Origin: Takakia lepidozioides
Taxonomy: Eukaryota > Plantae > Bryophyta
Direction of reading: 5' to 3'
NCBI GenBank assembly: GCA_030704615.1
Contig: CM060733.1
Location: 64,294,001 to 64,358,000 of the forward strand
Length of the DNA: 64,000 nucleotides
The notes beneath the pieces were generated by a model. The model saw only the letters and a program-made list of their open reading frames with translations, ran no database searches and was not told where the DNA came from. A program made the translations under genes and the position numbers. Shown here piece after piece: positions 13,361 to 25,800 of this stretch; the first letter of the stretch is position 1, and each line of letters starts with the position of its first letter.

Positions 13361-13710
13361 CCTAGTTGGTTGCTACAAGGGGGCTCATACAGATTCCTAC
13401 TGCTCAACATATATCAATATACATTTCTCAGAGTCAGCTGAAGACCTAGATTATCTAAGCAACAAAAGTGGAAGGATTAGAACCACATGAGGTAAAGAAT
13501 CCCTAAAGAATAATATATATAATCTCTCTCTCTCTCTCTTCAAGTCCATCAAGGGAATTGTTCCTGAACCTCTGTTTACCAACTTTGAAAATCTTGAGGC
13601 TGAGCCAAAAGCCCAGGCCTTTTGGGGTCTAGTTATCGGGCAAATCCCACACAGCAGATTGATGTTTGTGTGAAGGGGATACGTGGAAAACTCGGATCAA
13701 TTGTTTGTTT

Positions 13711-13828
13711 CAAGGTAAGTCATACTACCGGCGTCAGACCCGGACAAAGGTAGTTTCTGTCCCTTTGTGTTCCGATCAAACTGGGCGCGGGGTCAATGGC
13801 CACAAGGCTAACGTCTTATGAGTACATT
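13711..13828. repeat. Short dispersed repeat, copy 1 (3' of the MYND gene)
   Basis: CAAGGTAAGTCA...CAAAGGTAGTTTCTG...AAACTGGG.GCGGGGTC...ACGTCTTATGAGTACATT is shared with 15687-15813. Confidence 0.8.
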
Positions 13829-13907
13829 CTCTCACTCACACACACACCCCAATTGGTCAGAGTCAGGTGCAGCACAAGGAAGCCAACTATCAATGTAGCT
13901 AATGCAG

Positions 13908-16900
13908 CTATGTGTTCACACCAAAAACAAAGCCATTGCTGAACCAGGGCAAATTTGTATCAGCAATCTGATTGCGAACGGGTGAACGAAAGGGGTTGGC
14001 AGTGACAGGATGAGTGATCTGTAGCCCTGTCGCCCGCAGCACCTGCTTGGCGTTCACACAACAAGGCTCTGCATAGTCTGTAAAGAAAGCAGGCACAGCC
14101 TGAGCCTTGATTACCTCCAAGGCTCCCATCCATGAGCTGTTCGTTTCCAACTGCGAATTGAGAGCTACCACAACATGAGGAGTCGGCAGCGCATTTGCTT
14201 CTTCTTGGTAAAGTCCTTGGACAAATGTAATGCGTACCTTCCTGTTCAGTTGAGTCATCCCCCCTGCGAGAGCTGTGGGAACTTCTGGCCCAATCATCAT
14301 GATGTGAAGGCTCCCAGATCCCCCCAAAAGGTGCCCAATTTCAGTAAATGCAGGCAGCCAGTCAAGCTCACCCTCAGGACCCAAATAATGGACAACAACC
14401 TCCCGACCCTTGGCCAGCATATTTTTGGTGGGTGCACAGAGAGATGTAACAATGCTGTAGAGAGAGAGGGGGAAGGAGAGAATTGGGGCAACAGGGCTGT
14501 CAGGGGTTAGGCCCCTGCGATCGTAATATTCTGCCCACCCTGACAAGATGATATTGGAAGTCTCCCCTCTGATATACTCCAAGAGAGGGGCGTCTGGTGG
14601 GTACTTTCCATGCTCAACCGCCCAGGCTCCTGCCAGGCTACCCCCCTCAGGTGGTGGGAGGAGTCCAAAGGGGCACTGCTTGAAGCACCCGCAGAGACGG
14701 CGCCACATGCCTTGCCATGGGGGGCCCACCAACTTCAAGCCACTTGCAGGAGTATTCCATCAGGCAAGGAAAAGAAAAACCCTTGATTTCAAGTTCTTCT
14801 TCACGCTCCATCATTGCCTGCAGAATTGTGGAACAGTCACCACCATTATGTACCATATACAGTAAAACCATGTCATAGACCAACAGACATGATGAGTTGG
14901 AAATGAAACCACGTGATCTCATGAGCAGGCACTGACAGAGCATGGCTCCCTTATGAGCACTTGAGGCACCAATAGTAATATATGGAAAGATAGACATGAT
15001 ATTCATGATTCATTGGAGATTTTTGAGCAAGTGAAAACCAACAACGTTGACCACATGAGAAGACTAATGATAGCAGTTCAAAGGGGGTCTAGTACCCCTT
15101 ACGACTAAAGTGTACACCGTTCTGCTTACCTCGAATAGGTACAGTAAACCTCATTCAGAAGTATTTCGTTACCTTAAAAAGCTCACAGCTGCCTTTATGC
15201 ATTTCCTTCCAGTGCTTCTTCTGACAGGAATGCCCGCAGTAGATCACGGCTTTGCACCGACTGCAGCGAGGGGCTCGGTCTGGAGGCACTTCTCTCTCAC
15301 ACAAAGTGCACCGGCGGGGAATTGTCCACTCAACAAACTCTGCTGGGTTCTCTGTCACATCTACCAGCTTGGGGGGAGGGTTGATATGCTCGTCAACCTC
15401 ATCTCTTGGTGGGTAGGTCACACGTACAGAGGCATTGCCCCAGAATCCAGTGTCTTCAGATGGCCATGGGATCTCCAAATTCTGCATGAAATCCTCAAAA
15501 ACTGTGCTGCTTTTTTCTCCCTCCACCTGGTTTGCATATGGGGACACTGTCATATGTGTTCATAACAGAGATGCACCATGCCATTCAGTTTGTCTATCAG
15601 AGGGTCTATAAGCATGCCACCTCAAGCTCTCATTCTCTCGGTCTATATGTTTGATTGTCTGATTGGGCGGAACTAGTTGTTTATACCAAGGTAAGTCACA
15701 CTGCCAGAGTGGGCCCCTCACAAAGGTAGTTTCTGGTCCCTTTTGTTCCCCCCAAACTGGGTGCGGGGTCTATGGGCACAAGGCTATGGCAAACAACGTC
15801 TTATGAGTACATTTTGCCTGTCTGAGATTCTGCATCGGTAAAAAAACAAGTTGTAATCATCAAATGTAAACATTGTAATACATCCCATTGTTATACGGAT
15901 ACAGAATTTGTCACTATTCTGTCCAAATGTTACTGGAATACAACTGCGATCCAAAACGCCTTATGTAGGGCTTATTGGGATGAGTCCTACATCAAAGCTG
16001 AAACTCTAAATTGCCAAGAGACACTCTTCACTGAATTAGAATATGATGAATCTGACTACAGCATTTATTACTGAAGTGGAAGCTGCTTTGAAAATGCAAC
16101 AGCCATTTTGGCAGAAGACAGTTTCATGTACCAGATCACCGAATGAACTGGCAGCTGCTTCAGCAGGTTTTTAACTGTCTGCATCAGTCCGAGGCGCATT
16201 CAAACCTACATAACCCTGCAAAGAGGTACGGTATATAACTTCCGCTTGTTCATGACGTCTTTAACCTCCAGCGAACAGATCAATGCCAGCATACACATTC
16301 TGATACCGCTCCAAGCTAATAGATTTAAAATCAAAGAGACATTGCGATGCCTGGTCTGATTGAGGACTGTATCTTGCGTAAGTATGCCACAATATGATGC
16401 CTCTCCGATCTATCTCTTTCTCATGTCACAAAAAGCTACAAACCTGTTGAAGGAGAGGATGAACTTGAGTAAGAGTGCGCAGGCATGCATAGAACCAACG
16501 AATCTCCTCGACCCCTGGATTCCTAAAGGAAGGAAAGCCATCAGCAATGCCCTTGGGAGAGTACACCACGTCAATCACAGGATATGCTTTGGGACCAGCT
16601 ATTTCAAGACCAAAAGATTTGATCATCTTCTTGTTTAAAGGGGAAAGCTCAGCCTCCAATCCAAACGTAACTCTCAAAATCCCCTTCGGCGGGATGGATT
16701 TCATGTTCCCCAGCCCACGGATTCCCATCATGTCAAGGGCATCGTCCTCAGATCTAAAGAGATTGAAGCGGGGGTCCCCGCTCCCTCCTCCTCCGACAAA
16801 TTGTGCACACACAAACGGTTGCCGTGCATCAGGCCAGTCGGAGTCTTTGTCCACTCGGATACCGAGCAGATGGGAGGTCTTCATCCTTTTCCAAGGCTGT

Positions 16901-17061
16901 GATCTCCACAATGCTGCCAATGCTCGAAAGATTGCTTTTATGAAACCCGTACTGAGTCCGTCGATCTTCATTAGCGATGTTCCAGAGCTGGGGCCCAGAC
17001 CTGGTCCAAGTCCAAATTGCTGCTGAAACAGTCCGAAGAGATCGCGCAAGTGCGAATCCAT
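13908..17061 (-). CDS. Plant zf-MYND protein with MSS51-like C-terminal domain (ZMYND15/MSS51-like). Exons about 17061-16444, 15546-15173 and 14817-13908.
   Basis: N-terminus MDSHLRDLFGLFQQQFGLGPGLGP; MYND finger CTLC..CSRCKAVIYCGHSCQKKHWKEMHKGSC; C-terminus VVHYLGPEGEL..NPFRSP..SNGF; GT-AG sites. Apparent +1 frameshift near 14725. The phase between exons 1 and 2 is unresolved (a small exon may be missing). Confidence 0.85.
15687..15813. repeat. Short dispersed repeat, copy 2 (MYND intron)
   Basis: Same orientation and blocks as 13711-13828. Confidence 0.8.
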
Positions 17062-18199
17062 CTCTGACCCCTTTGTCTTCACCCCTCAACAAACGTCGAA
17101 ATCCAGTCCCCTAGGTCTCTCCAGACAAACCCACCTGTGCTATGGAGTGACCTCCTCCATTCCGTTCAAAGAAGCTGCATATGAAAGAAAACATTCGGGA
17201 GGGAAGATGAGAAAGAAAAAGAAAAAAGAAAACTCTCCACTCTAAGTCATTCTACTTACACCAAAAACGGACTCGTTGAGAAAAGGTACCTTCCCCTCCG
17301 CCATTGCAGAACCACATTCCTGCTACAAACCCAAACGCAGACTACAATGCCACCCTTCTCCAGCTTTTCTTAAGGAAATAAATTGAGACATAGCATTGTT
17401 ACATGCAGATGTAGGACTCGAAGACGAATGCAACCACGCTCCAGAGCCGACGATCCGGGCAATCTCCGCCCCATCATCCAGGCAATTCTCGCCCAGAAAT
17501 GGAGAAAGGGATAGAGGGCCACAGAGAGGGCGTAAAACCAGGTAATTATGATGGATCAAAGGAATGAAGAATGAGTTTCCGAGCAACGGATGAATGCCGA
17601 TGTTGCGAAAGAAGGCACCGCCGCGAGCGGATGTACATTCTAACCGTTCGGATCTCGGTTTTCACGTGCAACGTCGTCGGATGAGAGTTCGTGATCGGGT
17701 TGTGGATGTGGATGAAACGGGCCAAATGGTCATTCTCTCCAATAATTGCGCTTTTTATCCAATAATACATTACTACACGTTGTGAAGCTTGATTCCGGCG
17801 CTAGGGGGTTTATTCCCCGTCCTCTACCGGTTTTGTTATGATGTAGGGATGTGAGACGGCAGAGTGTGCTTGGCCGAGACGGCGGAATCTGCGTTAGAGG
17901 ATCTGGATGAGCCTTATCATCCCACACTTTCACAAAGCGTTCATTCGCACACACAAGTACACAATTTGAAACCAAAATCATCCCCGCTTGAGGGCCTAAA
18001 GGCCTTGCTTAAGTAGAAGTGCCAAGAGGCTAATCACGAATGACAGGTGTCCAGAGACATCTGGCTCTCCAGATTACAATTCATGTGATTCACACATCAG
18101 CGGCCATCTAGGATAACCCCTGATCCTAAATCTGCTGTTGTAAGAAACAAAAATAGCTTAACCAAAAATAGGTTCATCCAGTGCATCACCATCCCTTTC

Positions 18200-20290
18200 T
18201 AGAAAGAGAGAGAAAAGACTCCGGCCAAAGCCGCCAAAGCCGGCGTAACTAAGAACCACTTTGCTTCGGCTATCTGCCCCTCTTAGGGGTGGGCCCTATA
18301 AGAAGACAGGTGTCCGAGGGACACCGAATAACCGGCGGGTAGAGGTACCTGGGGTTGCCAGGGCACCAGGGGTATCGAGGGTGGGTTGGATTCAAGTTGA
18401 CGTTTAGGAGGCGTCGAAAACGTACACGCACAAATGTATTCGAGCTTCGAATCAATGTCCTCAACAGCAAGGAGTATGCCTGCGTGTTTAGGTTATGATG
18501 GATTTATAGGGTGAACGGAGCGCCGTGAGGTGTATAGCTTTGAAACATTTGTGTATAGGGGAGATAGGGATTTTAAAGTTTTTGTGTAATGCGGTGATGA
18601 TGGCATTGTCTAATACTTGTCGTGATGACGGATAGAGGTGGGATAGAGAGCTGATGTCCCAACCACGTTGGCGGAGAGCGAGGGTGAGAGGAGCATATTT
18701 CTGTCGTTTGTCTAGGCTGAGGTGGTGGGTGGGGTAACGGTAACGGTAACGGTCATGGCAATATGTAAAATCGATGAAATAAATTGTAAGGTTTGGGGAC
18801 GGAGCAGGGGGCGGGGGGGACATTCGTGGGTAAGTGATGGACAAGCAAGATATATGGGCATAGTCTAGCGGGGCAGGGGCAAGGTGAATGGGGGCATGCA
18901 CATGGGAGGAGCCATAGGGGGACGGTATGGTCTGGGGGTCGATCTTGATAAGTGTCGGCGTTGATGAGTGAGAACCATATGGTTTCAATGCGACGCATAA
19001 GAAGTTTATGAATGTACCAGACTACATGGTTGTAACGGGTTATACGCGTGAATAATAGATCAGGTGAGGAATATGACTAGTGTGAGCATTGGCTAAGGAA
19101 GAGTGGTGTGCTGTGCCGCGCATCCTGTATGCGATGGTGATGGGAAAATGTATGTGAGACTAGTGGGGAAAAATATAAGCATGGCCAGAAAATGTGTTTG
19201 CGTTAGTGGTCCATATATTGTATGTATCTAGATTTGAGTGTTTGTCGTATTTATGCGTCAATTGTGGCTTTAGTGTGCCAGAAATAGTTTGACAGCTTAC
19301 GATGAAGTACTGCTAGTGGTGGTAGTGGTGCTCGTCTACTCCGCTGCTAAGTGCTGAACACTTAGCCGTTCTTCCATCGTCGTCGTGGTAGTGTGAAGTC
19401 GATCACTATCCTCCCACTGTTCTATCGTGGCGTAAGCTGCCATGCCCTCGTGGCACTGGCACTTAGCCGTTATCACTTTCCATAAATACCTCCAAGCTCG
19501 GAACCCACCCTAATCTTGCATGTCCAACATACCTCTTTCCCGCATCCATACCTCTGATCTTCCCCAACCACCTTAACCATTTACTTGTACGCACACACGG
19601 CATGAAAGCCACTATATACCACCCCCCCTCCATGACCCCAAACAAATCCGCACCAAGCCCATTTCGGGCCCATTTCTCAGGATTAACCCAAGCAAGACCT
19701 AGATACAGGCGGGGCTGTGCCCCCCATCATCCATTTTTCCTCGACCCCTGAACCAGGTATCCCACCAATTTTTCATCAACGTTTGCCTCTCAAATACCCC
19801 CCAGCCAACTCCCATTACACCAATGGTTCTCTTGTCGGATCTAATGCTTTTGAAGCCCTCTCCCAACTGGCCCCATCTCCCCCTCCCCACTATATCTTTA
19901 CGGACAGTCTTAACTCATTTTTTCTTATCCAAAATCACCTCTTTCGCCCCTCCTCCCACCATTACCACCCCGACCGTAACCTCATCACAACCATCGTTAA
20001 TCTCGTCATCAACATGAATAACCCCGTCCACTTAATTATCAAAGTCCGCTCACACACCGGCATTCACGGCTTGACCATTTCACCCAAACAAGAGCTTGTA
20101 AACCCCCTGCTGATATTACGGATGGCCCTATTCACGTTGCGCATACCCACCCATTTTGGCTAATACACCCTGTACCAGACTCCTCTGATCCTCGACCGAT
20201 ACGTAACCTGCCAACCACCCTCACCCGTGAAGCTAATAAACAAGCCCTAGCCTCTATAAATTACTCCAAAAATACACATAAAAAAATGGA
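18200..20290. mobile_element. Non-LTR retrotransposon remnant, RandI/Dualen-like (RNase H plus restriction-like endonuclease), internally inverted
   Basis: Plus strand 19717-20163: RNase H motifs YT(N)GS..IFTDS..KVRSHTGIHG. Minus strand 19290-18488: R-N..V..I, RL(C)P(Y)ILL, IDFTYCHDR, K-QKYAPL..L...GW (degenerate PD-(D/E)xK endonuclease). CT-rich tail near 18200. Confidence 0.72.
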
Positions 20291-20435
20291 CACAGTCCAC
20301 TAGTAATGAGTAGTGGAGTGACCGTGGGTCGTGAACCACGACATCACACTGCGACCACTGTCGAGGTTGAGTTTTTCATGAGCAGAGCCGAATATCAAAG
20401 GTATATATTCATGAATATCCAAGGAATATCCTTTC

Positions 20436-22400
20436 TGTCAAGGACGAGGGCATGACTGAACACAAACGAGAGATCAGACTTAGAGGTACAAAACTAGACA
20501 AGAAGTCAAGGTCGGCGTGGCCAAATGCATGATGGGTAAAGAATAATCAAGATGATATTTATAACAATGGACAAGAGTACAAGATACTGGAACTCGACTT
20601 GAATACTGGAATGCTGGAAACTGGACTAGAGTACTGGAAGCTGGACTGAAGTACTGGAACTAGAAACAAGAGTAGCTTGAACTTGTGTTGGCGAGACTGA
20701 AGAGTATCCAGTCTCTTATATATACTGGCTATTATGAAATTTTCTAAGAAGTTTCCCCAACCAAGGGAAGTATCTTGAGAAGCTTCCTTGACCAAGGGAA
20801 GTCTCTTGAGAAGCTTCCTCGACCGAAAGAAATCTCCTGGGAAGCTTCCTCGACCAAGGGAAGTCTCTTGAGAAGCTTCCTCCACCATGAAGCTTCATGA
20901 GCAGTTTCCTGAGTTACTCTCACTAATTTGATAGTTACTTCTGATAATTTGATAACTCATGGTAATTTATGATAAGTTATGATAAATCATAGTAAATCAT
21001 GATAAATCACGGTAGTTTTTGGTAATTTGATAACTCCCTGTAACTTAGTAACTTCTGGTAATTATTCTTGGTGAATTCTTCTGGGCTATGTTCGTGACAT
21101 CACCCCCTCCTCTAGCGCCGAGTTTCTCGAGGAGCGGTAAAATCTTGGACTTGCTTAGAGTTGGAGAAAATTCAAAATTTCGGCAAATGATACTTGCCAA
21201 GTATTCGGCTCTTCGTTCTTGACTTAAATGATTTAGAGGTCCCTGCAACCATCGATAGTGTCCAACACCTTGAACTTGGGACCACGTAGTGATTTGAGCA
21301 TTCTGATCTTCGAAGCTGCCTTCAAACATGATTTCGTTGGCCTCTGGGTTTGAAGCCTCAACCTCCAATAGGATTATCAGACTTCGAGTAGGCTCCACTT
21401 GCTGTCATACGGGGTCCAGACGAGGAAGTACGCGTCGCATTGGTGACACATCGTCTCGAGGGCGTCGGCGTGATGTTGAAGGTTGTGAGAGTCGGAACGG
21501 CTGGTCTGGTAGTTGGGTAAGCGACAGCTCCAATGTATTCAATTCTTGTGACTACATGCTGCCAATACAAGATGTAAGAGTGTAAGAAGTGTAGCTATAT
21601 ATATACTGATGTGTGGTGCTTCTCCCTCCTTAACGTGTATCAGGTGCACTGAATGTGAAATCTTCATTTTGAAGCTAACTTAGCTGACATCATCGTTGTG
21701 ACGTTTTATTGACGTGTGGCTCGAGACTTAGCTGGATATCGTAGATGAAACTCTTGGACTTTGTCAGATGCATTGGCGAGGTTGGATGACGGTTCCCACG
21801 TTCGTTCGCTGATGTCGTAGCCTTTCCCATATACGAAATACTCAAGACGTTTATATTTGATGCGAGAGTCTAGGACTTCGACTTCATACTCGATTTCTTG
21901 ATTGACTTCAATTGGTGGAGGTAATACAGAAACTCGCTCGGGGATACTTGAGTGATGATACAACTCTAATGATGAGACATGGAAGACTGGGTGGATGCGC
22001 ATACTTCGTGGGAGTTCAAGCCGAAAACTGACCGGATTTATTTGACGAATAATTTTGAATGGCCCCAGCCGTTGATAATCCAACTTCTTTGATGGTCGCG
22101 GGGTTTGTATGTCTCGTCGAAGAAGCCATGCACGATCTCCGATCTTGAACTGGGGTTGAAGTTATCGATGTTGATCTGCATACCCCTTGTATTGTTTTTG
22201 AGCTTTTGTTAGGTGGAATGTAAGCTCCTTGTGAATCGTAGCAAAATGAGTAGCAATGTGTTCTGCAGCAGGGCTTCCAACAGTCTTCATGTGGAAAGGG
22301 TTTGCTCGAGGATGATAACCATAATTGGAGAAAAATGGAGTTTGTTTGGTTGAAGAATGTATAGTGTTGTTGTAGGCAAACTCAGTCAATGGCAGAAGGG
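20436..22400 (-). mobile_element. Ty3/gypsy chromovirus C, 3' part (integrase end, chromodomain, PPT, LTR 20436-21099)
   Basis: [39 protein letters not shown]; PPT GAGGAGGGGGTGA then TGTCACG; the LTR has about 30-bp tandem repeats. The left LTR end is approximate. Confidence 0.88.
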
Positions 22401-22489
22401 ACGAATGCTATTCCGTGAGCCTACAAGTGTGAGCTTGAGAGTTGTGAGCTTGCATTGGTGAGCATAGGCTCACGGATGAAACAACCCCT
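22398..22489. mobile_element. Tiny hairpin MITE (Harbinger/Tourist-like) at the truncation point of element C
   Basis: CCGTGAGCCTA...TAGGCTCACGG inverted arms, internal GTGAGC repeats, and an end AAACAACCCC followed by TTA. Confidence 0.55.
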
Positions 22490-22883
22490 TATTACCGCGG
22501 ATTTAATATTGAATACTAGAAGACCTATAACCGTGTAGACTTACAACAGAAGAACACACTATTCCCACGGTTTTTTTTTGTTTTTGATATAAAGGTCCAA
22601 CTACAACTGTGCACCGAGACATGATTCTAGTCAATTACTGCGATTTACACACCATGCGAAGATATTTTCTGTTTTGGCTTGCATGCCTCCAACTTCATAT
22701 TTTATCTGTGTGGAATATTTTTTAAGTCTAATTGCAACCATTTGTTATACAGAATGATGCACAAAAAATGAATCCCCAAAACATGGATTCTGAATGCGGA
22801 GAATGAATCACTTCATATTCTCTTCATTTAACATAGAGTACTTGTAGATGAACACACAAGGAAAAACCAACTACATTGTTTTT

Positions 22884-23730
22884 CTAAGAATCATCCTCAG
22901 TAGGGACGTCATCCTCAATATCTCTAGTAGACACAGAAGCATCTATGTCCATGAAAACCTCAGCTCAACGGAATATCTCCCCGCGATTAGAAACACTAGC
23001 GAGAGACCCACGGAACCCAAAACCACGAAGACCTACATTTGCATTCTCTAGCTCAAAGAATGCATGACTACGTCCTCTGCATACTTTGGGAGAGAGAAAG
23101 ATGAAGGTGGACTAGCAGGCAGATCGTTGAAGATAGTGCGCACGAGTCCATGACTGCACACAAGAGAAAAAAAAAACGACTGAATTAAACACACAAAGCA
23201 AGAACATGTAGTGGACTCAATTCAAAGCTTAAGCATTAAAATAAAGCCAAAGGAGGAGAGACGTACACTCACTACGAAAGATTGTTGAGATTAAGTGTCA
23301 GTTTGCGTGCTTGCTTTGGAGCAGGGGACTCCAACAAAGTCAAAGGAGGCTGAATGGTAGGAGTAACAAGTGCTGAAGAAACTGAAGCATTGGGAACATG
23401 TTGTTGAAGTGCAAACAAACGTGCTGCATAGAGCGCTTTGTCCCCTTCAAGACCAAAGACATGACGACCCGACGCACGTGCAACAATGAAAATTGAACCT
23501 GCACCACAAACCCAAACCATGATATGCAAACCCAAACCATTTACAACACTGCAAATTTATTGACATGCAGCCAAAGACTAAAAACAAAAACCAGATTTAC
23601 CAGTCCCCACTGTGAGATCCAGAATCCGTGAACCTAGAGGCGAACATGTCTCCAATAGCACCTGCATAAATGCATAACTATGATCCCGTGCACCCTTTCA
23701 AGCCTGCCGAGCAGATTGCATAGAACATTA
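22884..23730 (-). pseudogene. Spliced beta-class N4-cytosine/N6-adenine DNA methyltransferase-like gene, 3' exons (about 23730-23601, 23498-23273, 23153-22884)
   Basis: Spliced translation *KGARDHSYAFMQVLLETCSPLGSRILDLTVGTG|SIFIVARASGRHVFGLEGDKALYAARL matches motifs X-I-II of N6_N4_Mtase (LI..S.PG..VLD.F.GSGT...A...GR...G.E.D..Y...RL). GT-AG introns are in compatible phase. Confidence 0.72.
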
Positions 23731-24164
23731 TTTTAATTAATTCTGGACTTTTGGCTTAGATCCGGACTAAACTTAATATATATTTGCATTAAAATTAATT
23801 GAAATATTAATAATATCATGGTGTAATGTGTGATTGAACTTTGTGAAATTTCAGGTGATGTCATACTTGTTTCAAAATGTATCATATAAGAGGTCCATTT
23901 GACATTGAAGTGCTCAATGTGAAGTAGCAGTATTGAACAATTCATTGAACGTCCACTTGGAAGTCGAATAAAGTAATATTCCAATGCAGGATCACGACAA
24001 ACAAATGGGTCGCATCGAACATGGGCCAGACTCCTACTCTATCATACTCGATACAACTTGTTAGTAATTTTATTGATTGAATCTTCATATCAAGCACAAT
24101 GTTCACATACCACGCCATTGGAATGAATCATGTTTTGGATGTGACAAGGGCAGTAAAATATTAG

Positions 24165-25800
24165 AATAGCATGAAACATTCGGAAGAGGTACTAGGGTAG
24201 TACAATAAGGTTTGGGGTGTAACTAGAGAGAAGTGTAATAAGGTTTGGGTTTATAGTAAGGGTAAGGGTTTATGGTTTGGATTTAGGGTACAAAAGAACA
24301 AACAAATATGATGGACTCACAGTCGGTAGAATTAAGAAATGGTTGAGGAATTTGATATCCCTGTAATCATTCTATCATACCTTATCCAACAAAAGAAAAT
24401 ATTAAAAGAGCATGAAACATTGAGAAGAGGTAACATGATAGTACAATAAGGTTTGGAGTGTAACTAGGGTAGTCCACTAAAGTTATTGGTTTATGGTAAG
24501 ATTAATGGTTTAGGGGTGATGGTAAAGGTAGGGTTTTCGGTTTGGGTTTAAGAACACTATTGGACAAACAAATATGGAAGACTCACAGCTAGAACTTGGT
24601 ATGTGTTATTAGGATAAAAAAATAAAAATAAAATGGAGAAACAAATATTATGGAAGAGTTATTGGGCCGAGAAGTATTTAGATTGAGGATTCGTCCTTGG
24701 AACCTGGTATTAAGATACATATGGTTATGGTATGGATACTTCATTCCCATTTGCAGGGGAAGGGTAAGGGTTTAGACGTAACAATGGCGTAGGGTTTTGT
24801 TTAGGGTTCCCGACGAGGGTTTAGGGTTTGGGTTGAAGGCAGAAATGGTGAGCATACATACCGGAAGACTCGCACTCGCTACAACTTAGTGTTGTTAGTA
24901 AGGTAGTAAGCAAAATAAAAATGAAGAACCTAATATTATGGAAGTGTAGTCATTGCACCGGACAAGTATTTAAATGAAAGACTCGTCCTCGGAACTTGAT
25001 ATTAAGATACATAGAAAGCAAAGTTCGATAAAAAATGTAAGTGCATGTCAATCCAAACCAAAGGCAAAACCTTGCGTAAGGTGAAGGGCGAAGAGATTTG
25101 AATAACCATAAATAGTTATGGGTATGGTATGGATACTTCATTCCCATTTGCAGGGGAAAGGTAAGGGTTTAGACGTAACAATGGCGTAGGGTTTTCGACA
25201 AGGGTTTAGGGCTTGGGTTGAAGGCAGGAATGGTGAGCATACATGTCGGAAGACTCGCACTCGCTACAACTTAGTGTGTGTTAGTAGGGTACAAAATGGA
25301 AATTTGGATACGTTGAAGAGATTTGGATAACCAAAATGGTTATGGTTATGGTATAGATAGTTGATTCTCATTTGCAAAGGGAAGGGAAAGGGTTCTGGGG
25401 TATTGGGTTAAGGGTAAATGTTTAGGGTTTTATAGTAAGGGTTTAGGGTTTTTGTTTAAGTTACAAAATAGACAAACACTTATGGAAAACTCCAGACTTC
25501 GCTAGAACTTAGTGTTGTTAGTAGGGTACTAGTAAGCAAAAAAAAAATGAAGAACCTAATATTATGGACAAGCATTTAAATGAAAGACTCGTCATTGGAA
25601 CCTGGACCTATTAAGATGTAACATAGAAAGCAAACTGTAACATGCCTAAATGCATGTCAATCCAAAACAAAGGAAAAAACTAGCGCAAATGTGAAGGGAG
25701 AAGACATTTCAATAACCATAATGGTTATGGTTATGGCTATGGTTATGGCATGAATAGTTCATGGGCCATTTGCAGAAAAGGGTAAGGGTTAGGGGTAATG
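24165..25800. repeat. Degenerate tandem array (units about 240-400 bp) rich in telomere-like TTTAGGG motifs
   Basis: 24715-24900 is nearly identical to 25115-25290; repeated GGAAGACTC, CCCATTTGCAGGG and GGTTATGG blocks. Confidence 0.85.

Noticed and set aside
13711-13722. ACTTACCTTG on the minus strand resembling the U1 snRNA 5' end
   Set aside because: The rest of U1 (stem-loops, Sm site) does not follow.
20740-21060. Regular short repeats as a CRISPR-like array
   Set aside because: There are no unique spacers; these are tandem repeats inside an LTR.
24165-25800. True interstitial telomere or chromosome fusion site
   Set aside because: TTTAGGG occurs only as short degenerate runs inside larger units.
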